A stretch of DNA of 29,484 nucleotides from Clostridiales bacterium (lineage in GTDB: Bacteria > Bacillota > Clostridia > Oscillospirales > Feifaniaceae), in the NCBI GenBank assembly GCA_012719075.1, contig JAAYBB010000067.1, positions 1-29,484 of the forward strand. The letters run 5' to 3'. A program made the translations under genes and the position numbers. How positions within the stretch are numbered: the first letter of the stretch is position 1; the number at the start of each line of letters is the position of its first letter. Shown one piece after another: positions 1-6,987 of this stretch. Below the pieces are notes generated by a model that worked only from the letters and a program-made list of their open reading frames with translations, searched no databases and was not told the origin of the DNA.

Positions 1-603
1 AAAGCCGTCCACCTCGCCGGTCTGCAGGCTCAGCACGCCGTCGATGGGGCTCGAGATCAGCACATACTCGCTGTCGGGCAGGTACTTCTCGGCGTACTCA
101 AACTGCAGCGAGGAGATCTGCACGGCGACCTTTCTGCCGTTGAGCGCCTCAATGGAGTTGATCTCCGCCTCCATGCCCTTGCGGACCAGCGCCCCCTGAT
201 ACCCCTCGTCCAGCGCGTAGGGGCCGGCCATCATGGTGCTCTCGGCCCGCTCGGGCCGGTAGGCCAGCCCCGAGATGCCCACGTCGGCCTGGCCCTGCAC
301 CACCGTCTCGATCACGGTCTCAAAGCTCAGCGGCATGATTTCGAGCTCCACGCCCAGCTGCTCGGCGATGTACTTGCCCAGCGCAATGTCGCAGCCCACA
401 TACTTGTCCTCGCCCTCGCCCGCGTTTAAGTTTTCAAACTCAAAGGGGGCCCACTCGGGGTTGGTGGCCATGACCAGCTTGCCGGTGCCCAGCACCCGCT
501 CCAGCGCGTTTTCGTACACCGTCTCCTTCGGCTGGCAGCCGGCCGAAAACGACAGTGCCAGCGCTGCGGCCAGCCCGGCCGCGATCCTCTTTCTCATGTC
601 CAT
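1..603 (-). CDS. Polar amino-acid ABC transporter substrate-binding lipoprotein (family-3 SBP), C-terminus cut by the window edge
   Basis: Missing from the ORF track because it runs off the window. Reverse-strand translation from ATG 603 is open to base 1 (201 codons): MDMRKRIAAGLAAALALSFSAGCQPKE...GTGKLVMATNPEWAPFEFEN...VGISGLAYRPERAE. It has a signal peptide with a lipobox-like SAGC and typical SBP_bac_3 motifs. RBS GGGAGG lies 8 nt upstream. Confidence 0.85.
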   Translation of the reverse strand, partial: MDMRKRIAAGLAAALALSFSAGCQPKETVYENALERVLGTGKLVMATNPEWAPFEFENLNAGEGEDKYVGCDIALGKYIAEQLGVELEIMPLSFETVIETVVQGQADVGISGLAYRPERAESTMMAGPYALDEGYQGALVRKGMEAEINSIEALNGRKVAVQISSLQFEYAEKYLPDSEYVLISSPIDGVLSLQTGEVDGF

Positions 604-649
604 TTGAAACGCCTCCCGAATCTTTTGTTTTTTGTGTGGCCCGCCGGCC

Positions 650-686
650 AAAATAAAAAAGAGCCCTGTAGTTTCCTACAAGGCTC
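650..686 (-). terminator. Intrinsic terminator inside the 5' leader of the ABC-SBP gene (attenuator terminator)
   Basis: On the minus-strand RNA an 11-bp stem (686-676 pairs with 671-661, one G-U) closes a GAAA tetraloop. It is followed by UUUUUUAUUUU (660-650). It lies 47 nt upstream of the SBP start codon. Confidence 0.8.
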
Positions 687-751
687 CAGTTCACGGTGAT
701 CCTCATAGGCACAAGCACATGTAGCGCCTGTGCCCGGTCGCACACGCGCTT

Positions 752-796
752 CTACCTATGATGGTGGTGCAGGGTAAAGAGGCCGGTTGGCTTCAC
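752..796 (-). CDS. Candidate 14-codon leader peptide (GTG)-KPTGLFTLHHHHR-stop
   Basis: GTG at 796-794 is preceded by GGGAG (810-806, 9-nt spacing). Four consecutive His codons CAC CAC CAT CAT occupy 769-758, then AGG and TAG (754-752). The ORF lies between a promoter and the terminator above, and its 3' end is part of alternative helices (see finding). Confidence 0.5.
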   Translation of the reverse strand: MKPTGLFTLHHHHR

Positions 797-826
797 AGCG
801 GCACGCTCCCGTTGATTGATGTGGCC

Positions 827-854
827 AGTATACCACGGGTTTTTGGCCCTGTAA
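827..854 (-). promoter_or_regulatory. Sigma-A-type promoter for the ABC-SBP leader
   Basis: Minus strand reads TTACAG (854-849), a 16-nt spacer, then TGG-TATACT (extended -10; -10 at 832-827). Confidence 0.6.
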
Positions 855-921
855 AGCCCCCTTTTGCACCGGGGCGCAATTTTTTTGCGGACGGCGGCGC
901 GGGCACCCCCTTGAATTTGGT

Positions 922-950
922 TTGATTTCCGCCCGCAGAAGGGGTAAAAT
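922..950 (+). promoter_or_regulatory. Sigma-A-type promoter, divergent from the ABC promoter, facing polA
   Basis: TTGATT (922-927), a 17-nt spacer, then TAAAAT (945-950). No convincing ORF lies between it and polA at 1547. Confidence 0.5.
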
Positions 951-1546
951 AAGGTATTGTGGGCCTGTCCAGCGGGCGGCGGGGGCGCCCACCCCGGTGC
1001 GGCGCGCCGCCTGACCGCGGCCGCCGGGCGGGGGCCGCGCCGGCCCCCGCTCCCCCCGTCCCCACGCGGGAACCCCTGCGGGGGTTTGCTGCGGCGGAGT
1101 CCGCCGCAGCGGGCGCCTTCGGCGCCTGCGCGGGGGTGGGGCCTTGCCCCGGAGAGGGGCCGAAGCGCCCGGAAAGGCTCCGCCGTCCTTGGGTCCTGCC
1201 CTATCCCGGGCGGCCCCGCCCATCCCAAGGATTCTCCCCCACGCAGCGCAATCCCCCGGTGAAGATTTTTCCCGTCCTGGGCGGACCGAGCGCTTGGCGG
1301 AGGACAAGTCCCCGAAAGGCCAAGTCCCGGGAGCGTCCTTGCCTCACCTTTTGGCCCTATCCCGCTCCTGGGTTCCGCTTTGGGCTCCGCTCTTGAGCCC
1401 CTGCCTTACCTGCGAGCCCCCTTCTGCCCCAAAACCTCCATCCCATCCCGGGAGAGCCGATCCGCCCCGACCGCCAATCCCGCCCCATAAAAACCGCCCC
1501 TCTCCTCCATTTACACCCAGAAAACCGACCGCAAAGGAGTCCGCCG

Positions 1547-4075
1547 ATGAAACTGCTGGTCTTTGACGGCAACAGCATCCTCAACCGCGCCTATTACGCC
1601 ATCCGGCCCCTGACCAACGCCGAGGGGCTGTACACCCACGGCGTCTACGGCTTTTTGGCCATCTTTTACAAGGAGCTCGAGGCCGAGCGCCCCGACGCCG
1701 TCGCGGTGGCCTTCGACCTGCCCGGCCCCACCTTCCGCCACGAGCGCTTCGAGGCCTACAAGGCCCACCGAAAGGGCATGCCCGAGGAGCTGGCGGTGCA
1801 GCTGCCGGTGCTCAAGGAGGTGCTGGGGGCCATGCGGGTCTGTCAGCTGGAACTGCCGGGCTACGAGGCCGACGACATCATCGGCACGCTGGCCGAGCGC
1901 TGCGACCGCATCGGCGACGACTGCGTCATCGTGACCGGCGACAAGGACGATTTGCAGCTGGTCAGCGACCGCGTCACGGTCAAGCTGGCGGTCACCAAGG
2001 GCGGCGTCAGCCAGAGCCTGCGCTACGACCCCGCGCTGGTGCAGGAGACCTACGGCTTTGAACCGGCGCGCATCGTCGACCTCAAGGCCCTGATGGGCGA
2101 CCCCTCCGACAACATCCCCGGGGTGCCCGGCGTCGGCGAGAAGACGGCGCTGTCGCTGCTGCAGCGCTTTGGCAGCCTCGAGGCCATCTACGGCGGGCTC
2201 GAGACGCTCGACATCCGCGACAGCCTGCGCAAAAAGCTGGCCGAGGGGCGCGAGCTGGCCACCCTCTCGCAGGAGCTGGCCCAAATCCACCGCGAGGTGC
2301 CGGTGCCCATCGACCCGCAGGCGCTGCGGCTGCGGGAACCCGACCAGGAGGCGCTGCTGGCGCTGTTTCGCCAGCTGGAGTTTGCGTCCTTTGCCGCAAG
2401 GCTGCAGGCCCAAGCGCCGCAGGCGCCGGCCGGACAGCCGGCGGCCACGCCGATTGCGGACCTGCCCGCGCTCGAGGCGGCGCTGCGCGACGAGCTCTAT
2501 GTCGCGCCGGGCGAGGCGGGGCTGACCTTTGCCTCGGACGCCGGCCTGTTTGCGCTGGAGCGGGCGGCGCTCGGCCCCGCCTACCCGCAGCTGGCCGCCC
2601 GCCTGCTGGGCGGCGACGAGCCCAAGACGGTCGAGGACGCCAAGTCGGCCATGACGGCGCTGGCCCGCGAGGGCCTGCCGCTGGCGGGCCTGGCCTTTGA
2701 CCCGGCGCTGGCCTCCTATCTGATCAACCCCTCCTCCAAACACACGCTCGAGGCCCTCTGCGCCGCCCACCTCGACCGCGCGCTGCCCGAGGGCGAGGCC
2801 GCCCGCGCGCTGGCGCTGCGCGAGCTGCGCCCGCTGCTGGCCGACCGGCTGGAGCAGGACGGGCTGACCGCGCTGATGCAGCAGGTGGAGCTGCCGCTCT
2901 CGCGGGTGCTCAGCGAGATGGAGCAGCGCGGCTTCTCGGTGGACGAGGCGGCGCTGCGCCGCTTTGGCGAGACCCTCAAGCGCGACATCGCCGAGCTCGA
3001 AGAGAAAATTTACGCCTTTGTCGGGCCCTTTAACCTCAACTCGCCCAAGCAGCTCGGCGAGGTGCTGTTCGAGCGGCTGGGGCTGCCGCCGGCCAAAAAG
3101 ACCAAGACCGGCTACTCGACCGACGCCGAGACGCTCGAGCGCCTGCGCGAGGCACACCCCATGCTGCCGCTGATCCTCGAGTACCGCAAGCTGACCAAGC
3201 TCAACTCCACCTATGTCGACGGCTTTCTCGCGCTGGTGCAGAACGGGCGCATCCACACCACCTTCCACCAGACGCTGACGCTGACCGGCCGCCTCTCGTC
3301 GGCCGAGCCGAACCTGCAGAACATCCCGGTGCGCGAGCCGCTGGGGCGGGAGCTGCGCCGCATGTTCGTGGCCGGCGAGGGCTGCACGCTGATCGACGCC
3401 GACTACAGCCAGATCGAGCTGCGGGTGCTGGCCCACATCGCGCAGGACGAGACCATGACCCAGGCCTTCCGCGCGGGGGCCGACATCCACACGCTCACGG
3501 CCTCGCAGGTCTTCGGCGTCTCGCTGGAGGCCGTGACGCCCGCCATGCGCCGCTCGGCCAAGGCCGTCAACTTCGGCATCGTCTACGGCATTTCGGACTT
3601 TTCGCTGGCCGGCGACATCGGGGTCTCCCGCGCCGAGGCCAGGCGGTATATCGACAGCTACTTCGCCACCTACCCCGGCATCCGCCGCTACCTCGACCGC
3701 GTGGTGCAGGAGGCCAGGGAGCGCGGCTACGTGACCACGCTGCTGGGCCGCCGCCGCTACCTGCCCGAGCTGACGGCCTCCAACTTCAACCAGCGCTCCT
3801 TTGGCGAGCGGGCGGCCATGAACACGCCGATCCAGGGCACCGCGGCCGACATCATCAAGCTGGCCATGGTCCGCGTGAGCCGCCGGCTCGAGCGGGAGGG
3901 CCTGAGGGCCCGGCTGGTGCTGCAGGTCCACGACGAGCTGCTGCTCGAGGCCCCGCTCGACGAGGTCGAGGCCGCCTCCCGCGCCGTGCGCGAGGAGATG
4001 GAGGGGGCCATGACGCTGCTGGTGCCGCTGTCGGTCGACCTGCGCAGCGGAAAGAGCTGGTACGATGCGCATTGA
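1547..4075 (+). CDS. polA: DNA polymerase I
   Basis: 842 aa. The N-terminal 5'-nuclease domain begins MKLLVFDGNSILNRAYYA. Family-A polymerase motifs are present: A DYSQIELRVLAH, B RRSAKAVNFGIVYG, C LQVHDELLLE. RBS AAGGAG lies 7 nt upstream. Confidence 0.97.
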   Translation: MKLLVFDGNSILNRAYYAIRPLTNAEGLYTHGVYGFLAIFYKELEAERPDAVAVAFDLPGPTFRHERFEAYKAHRKGMPEELAVQLPVLKEVLGAMRVCQLELPGYEADDIIGTLAERCDRIGDDCVIVTGDKDDLQLVSDRVTVKLAVTKGGVSQSLRYDPALVQETYGFEPARIVDLKALMGDPSDNIPGVPGVGEKTALSLLQRFGSLEAIYGGLETLDIRDSLRKKLAEGRELATLSQELAQIHREVPVPIDPQALRLREPDQEALLALFRQLEFASFAARLQAQAPQAPAGQPAATPIADLPALEAALRDELYVAPGEAGLTFASDAGLFALERAALGPAYPQLAARLLGGDEPKTVEDAKSAMTALAREGLPLAGLAFDPALASYLINPSSKHTLEALCAAHLDRALPEGEAARALALRELRPLLADRLEQDGLTALMQQVELPLSRVLSEMEQRGFSVDEAALRRFGETLKRDIAELEEKIYAFVGPFNLNSPKQLGEVLFERLGLPPAKKTKTGYSTDAETLERLREAHPMLPLILEYRKLTKLNSTYVDGFLALVQNGRIHTTFHQTLTLTGRLSSAEPNLQNIPVREPLGRELRRMFVAGEGCTLIDADYSQIELRVLAHIAQDETMTQAFRAGADIHTLTASQVFGVSLEAVTPAMRRSAKAVNFGIVYGISDFSLAGDIGVSRAEARRYIDSYFATYPGIRRYLDRVVQEARERGYVTTLLGRRRYLPELTASNFNQRSFGERAAMNTPIQGTAADIIKLAMVRVSRRLEREGLRARLVLQVHDELLLEAPLDEVEAASRAVREEMEGAMTLLVPLSVDLRSGKSWYDAH

Positions 4076-4547
4076 GCCGCTCGCGGCCGACCGGCTCGCG
4101 GCCGTCGCCGCGCTCGAGGCGGCCTGCTTTTCGACCCCCTGGACGCCGGGGCAGCTGGCCGGCGAGCTTGGCGCGCCCGGCGCGCTGTCGCTCTGCCTGC
4201 TCGAGGGGGAGCGGCTGCTGGGCTACGCGCTGCTGCGCTGCGCGGCCGACGAGGCCGAGCTGCTGCGCATCGGCGTCGACCCGTCGCTGCGCGGACGGGG
4301 CCTTGGCGCCGCCCTGCTGCAGGGGGCGCTCGACGCGCTGCGGGCAGCCGGCTGCGGCCGCCTGTTTTTAGAGGTGCGGGCCGGCAACACGGCCGCCCGC
4401 CGGCTCTACGCCGCGGCCGGCTTTTACGAGGTCGGGCGCCGGGCCGGCTACTACGACCGGCCGGTCGAGGACGCGCTGCTGCTGCGGCTGGACCTGGCCG
4501 ATTTTGCGTTGAAAGAGGGACCCCACGTTGAAGATCCTGGCCTTTGA
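4065..4547 (+). CDS. rimI: GNAT N-acetyltransferase, ribosomal-protein-alanine acetyltransferase type
   Basis: 160 aa with the acetyl-CoA motif RGRGLGAALL and ...LEVRAGNTAARRLYAAAGF. It overlaps the polA stop by 11 nt and sits directly before tsaD, as in tsaB-rimI-tsaD operons. Confidence 0.8.
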   Translation: MRIEPLAADRLAAVAALEAACFSTPWTPGQLAGELGAPGALSLCLLEGERLLGYALLRCAADEAELLRIGVDPSLRGRGLGAALLQGALDALRAAGCGRLFLEVRAGNTAARRLYAAAGFYEVGRRAGYYDRPVEDALLLRLDLADFALKEGPHVEDPGL

Positions 4548-5538
4548 GACCTCCTGCGACGAGACCGCCGCCGCCGTGGTGGCGGACGGGCGCCATGTGC
4601 TGTCCTCGGTCGTGCGCACACAAATTGACCTGCACCGCCTCTACGGCGGCGTGGTGCCCGAAATCGCCTCGCGCGCCCACGTGGAGAGCATCTCCCAGCT
4701 GGCGGGCGAGGCCCTTGCGCAGGCCGGCTGCGGCCTGGCCGACCTCGGCGCCGTCGGCGTCACGGCCTGGCCGGGGCTGATCGGCGCGCTGCTGGTGGGG
4801 GTCAACTTCGCCAAGTCGCTGGCGCTGTCGGCCGGGCTGCCGCTGGTGCCGGTGCACCACCTGCGCGGCCACATCGCGGCCTGCCGGCTGGCCGACCCGG
4901 CGCTGGCCCACCCCTTCCTCTGCCTGGTGGTTTCGGGCGGGCACACCAGCCTGGTCTGGGCACAGGACCCCGTTACCTTCCGCACGGTCGGCCGCACGCG
5001 CGACGACGCCGCCGGCGAGTGCCTCGACAAGGTGGCCCGCCTGCTCGGCCTGCCCTACCCCGGCGGCGTGGCGCTGGACCGGCTGGCGCAGCGCGGCGAC
5101 CCCGCGGCCTTTCGCTTTCCGGACGCCGAAGTGCGCGACGCGCCGCTCGACTTCAGCTTCTCGGGCCTCAAGACGGCGGCCATCAACCAGCTGCACCAGC
5201 TGGAGCAGCGGGGGCAGGCCGTGGACCCGGCCGACTTTGCCGCCTCCTTTGTGGAGGCGGTCGCGCAGGCCCTCTGCCGCCGGCTGGAGCTCGCGGCGGC
5301 CGAGACCGGCGCCCCGGTGCTGGCCCTCTGCGGCGGCGTGGCCGCCAACACCGCGCTGCGGCGGCATGCGCAGGCCCTGGCCGACCGCCTTGGCCTGCCG
5401 CTGACCGTGCCGCCCCCCGCGCTGTGCGGCGACAATGCCGCCATGATCGGCGCACAGGCCCACGCCGAGCTGCTGGCCGGCCACACGGCCGGCAGCGACC
5501 TCAACGCGCTGGCCACCCGCAGCCTCGACCAAGGTTGA
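4528..5538 (+). CDS. tsaD: tRNA N6-adenosine threonylcarbamoyltransferase (Kae1/Gcp family)
   Basis: 336 aa starting MKILAFETSCDETAAAVV, with metal-binding HHLRGH and a C-terminal CGDNAAMIG motif. TTG start with RBS GAAAGAGGGA. It overlaps rimI by 20 nt. Confidence 0.95.
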   Translation: MKILAFETSCDETAAAVVADGRHVLSSVVRTQIDLHRLYGGVVPEIASRAHVESISQLAGEALAQAGCGLADLGAVGVTAWPGLIGALLVGVNFAKSLALSAGLPLVPVHHLRGHIAACRLADPALAHPFLCLVVSGGHTSLVWAQDPVTFRTVGRTRDDAAGECLDKVARLLGLPYPGGVALDRLAQRGDPAAFRFPDAEVRDAPLDFSFSGLKTAAINQLHQLEQRGQAVDPADFAASFVEAVAQALCRRLELAAAETGAPVLALCGGVAANTALRRHAQALADRLGLPLTVPPPALCGDNAAMIGAQAHAELLAGHTAGSDLNALATRSLDQG

Positions 5539-5654
5539 ACGCAGGCTGCATAAAGCGCCACGGTTTCACATATTTTTTGCTTTATGCGAATATTTTACTT
5601 ATGTAAACTGCTTGTCCGCCTGTTCTCCGATTCTCCCCGCCTGCGATTTCAAAA

Positions 5655-5866
5655 TGTGGAAAACCGGCCTGAAAAATCCGGAAAACAGGCCTTCGTGTGG
5701 ATAACGCTGTGGAAACTGTGGATATGTACCCCCCATCAACCCATCCAGCATAAATCTTATGTCAACTTTTTTGCGCCAAACCTACCCAAAACTTGTTAGT
5801 TATTAGGCGACCTTCGCTTCCAAATGAAAAAAGCACCCTGAATCTGACCGGCCTTTTTGTGGATAA
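5655..5866. promoter_or_regulatory. DnaA-box cluster outside oriC (five boxes, all in the same orientation)
   Basis: On the plus strand: TGTGGAAAA 5655-5663, TGTGGATAA 5696-5704 (perfect), TGTGGAAAC 5708-5716, TGTGGATAT 5717-5725, TGTGGATAA 5858-5866 (perfect). They sit in a locally AT-rich 429-bp intergenic region. Confidence 0.75.
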
Positions 5867-5967
5867 TTCCCGAATTTAGCGACTTTTTTTGCATGTTTCG
5901 ATGAATAGGTCATTGATTATTCAGGCGCACCGGCCGCGCAACTCCCCGTTGAAAGGTGGACCCACCC

Positions 5968-6357
5968 GTGAAAAGAAGGACCCTGCTCGCGTCGATTTTG
6001 CTGCTAGCCGCCTGCCTGTTGCTCTTTGGCGTTTATCACATGTTTTCTCCCGACACAAACAACGAGCTAAAACATGTGACCGTTTCAGTGGTGGCCGATT
6101 CTTATGTAAACTCCCACAGCGCCGACACCCGCGCCGAAACCCTCTATGCGCTGCTCGAGGAGCTGCAGCTGGTCGAGGGGGAGCAGTCGGCCTATGGCTT
6201 CTTCATCACCGCGGTCGAGGGCATCGCGGCCGACGAGGGCCTGCAGCAGTGGTGGTGCATCACCCGGGACGGCGGCCAGCCGGTGAACACCGGGGCCGAG
6301 AGCACGCCGCTGCGGGACGGGGACGTCTTTGAGCTCACGCTGACCCAGGGATGGTAG
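5968..6357 (+). CDS. DUF4430-domain secreted/lipoprotein
   Basis: GTG 5968 has RBS AAGGTGGA 8 nt upstream (the ORF track starts at 5956). The signal peptide has a lipobox-like LLAAC. The C-terminal pattern WWCITRDGGQPVNTGAESTPLRDGDVFELTL is typical of DUF4430. Confidence 0.7.
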   Translation: MKRRTLLASILLLAACLLLFGVYHMFSPDTNNELKHVTVSVVADSYVNSHSADTRAETLYALLEELQLVEGEQSAYGFFITAVEGIAADEGLQQWWCITRDGGQPVNTGAESTPLRDGDVFELTLTQGW

Positions 6358-6869
6358 GGCCCGGGGCGAGGGGCCCACGCCGCACGGCCGAGACCGTCGC
6401 GCGCATGGGCCTGATCGGCGGCCTGACCACCGCCGCGCAGCTGGCCATGGCGCCGCTGCCCAACATCGAGCCGGTCTCGCTGATCTTTTTGCTGTGCGGC
6501 GCCACCTTCGGCCTGCAGACGCTGTTTGCCGCGGCCGTCTTCGTGCTGCTCGAGGGGCTGGTGTTCGGCTTTGGGCCCTGGTGGTTCTCCTACCTCTACC
6601 TCTGGCCGCTGGCCGTGCTGCTGGGCGCGCTGTTTCGCCGCATGGAGGGCGCGCTGCCCTGGGCGCTGCTCTCGGGCTTTTACGGGCTGGCCTTCGGCAC
6701 GCTCTCGGCGCTGATCTTCCTGCCCTTCGGCGGAGTTGCGCTGTTCTTCTCGACCGTGCTGTCCGGCATCCCCTTTGATTTGCTGCACTGCGGCGGCAAC
6801 TTTGCCATCATGCTGCTCTGCTACCGTCCGCTGCGGCGGCTGCTGCGCCGCTACGGCCCGCCCGATTGA
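6351..6869 (+). CDS. Polytopic membrane protein, ECF-transporter S-component-like
   Basis: 172 aa with about 5 hydrophobic helices. Its ATG overlaps the DUF4430 stop (ATGGTAG). DUF4430 genes are commonly paired with ECF S-component-like genes; the family assignment is inferred, not shown. Confidence 0.5.
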   Translation: MVGPGARGPRRTAETVARMGLIGGLTTAAQLAMAPLPNIEPVSLIFLLCGATFGLQTLFAAAVFVLLEGLVFGFGPWWFSYLYLWPLAVLLGALFRRMEGALPWALLSGFYGLAFGTLSALIFLPFGGVALFFSTVLSGIPFDLLHCGGNFAIMLLCYRPLRRLLRRYGPPD

Positions 6870-6880
6870 GGCCTCCCGCA

Positions 6881-6923
6881 AAACAGGCGGCCGTCCGGGG
6901 AAACTGTCCCCGGACGGCCGCCT
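6881..6923. terminator. Hairpin terminator between convergent genes
   Basis: Perfect 19-bp stem (6881-6899 pairs with 6905-6923) with a 5-nt loop. A UUUU run follows on the minus strand, so it ends the gpsA/ATP-grasp transcript and probably also acts on the plus strand. Confidence 0.75.
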
Positions 6924-6987
6924 GTCTCTGTCGAAAAACCTGCATTTTTTGTTTTATTTAAATGATTTAATACATATCGTATTAATT

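Noticed and set aside
758-769. The CACCACCATCAT run could be a remnant of a cloning-vector His-tag.
   Set aside because: There are only four His codons with no flanking vector, linker or protease-site sequence, and the run is embedded in native-looking promoter, RBS and terminator context.
604-830. T-box or another riboswitch in the ABC-transporter leader. I noted AG-bulge/distal-loop-like GGGAGCG...GCUGUGAAGCC, T-box-like GGAUCACCGUG, and a vague SAM-I/GEMM-like GUGAAGCCAACCGGCC.
   Set aside because: There is no intact T-box GGGUGGNACCGCG with a UGGN bulge in an antiterminator. The 5' sequence is too short for a Stem I with a K-turn and specifier loop. The similarities to other riboswitch cores are only a few nucleotides long. 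The His-codon ORF and the three-way alternative pairing explain the leader better. A cmscan is still needed to confirm this.
756-1584. Multiple overlapping 75-183-aa ORFs in both strands of the 850-1546 spacer. Similar ORFs lie in 9033-9476, 9473-10037, 12751-13218, 22363-23466 and 25598-26933.
   Set aside because: They are Arg/Pro/Gly-rich with no RBS and mutually overlapping frames, and they coincide with hairpin or repeat DNA. I treat them as non-coding GC-rich spacers.
1511-4072. 853-aa ORF on the minus strand, antisense to polA. Similar shadow ORFs lie at 3757-5532 (-), 10097-12754 (+, antisense to gyrA), 13554-14546 (+), 18291-19769 (+, antisense to dnaA) and 20302-21792 (+).
   Set aside because: High G+C suppresses stop codons on the antisense strand. 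The translations are low-complexity (Ala/Gly/Arg/Leu/Val/Gln-rich) with no recognisable motifs. The opposite strand encodes unmistakable housekeeping proteins.
5584-6332. ORFs of 71 aa (5584-5799) and 147 aa (5889-6332) in the tsaD-DUF4430 region.
   Set aside because: The first lies in the AT-rich DnaA-box island with no RBS and an odd composition. The second is out of frame with, and overlaps, the well-supported DUF4430 gene.
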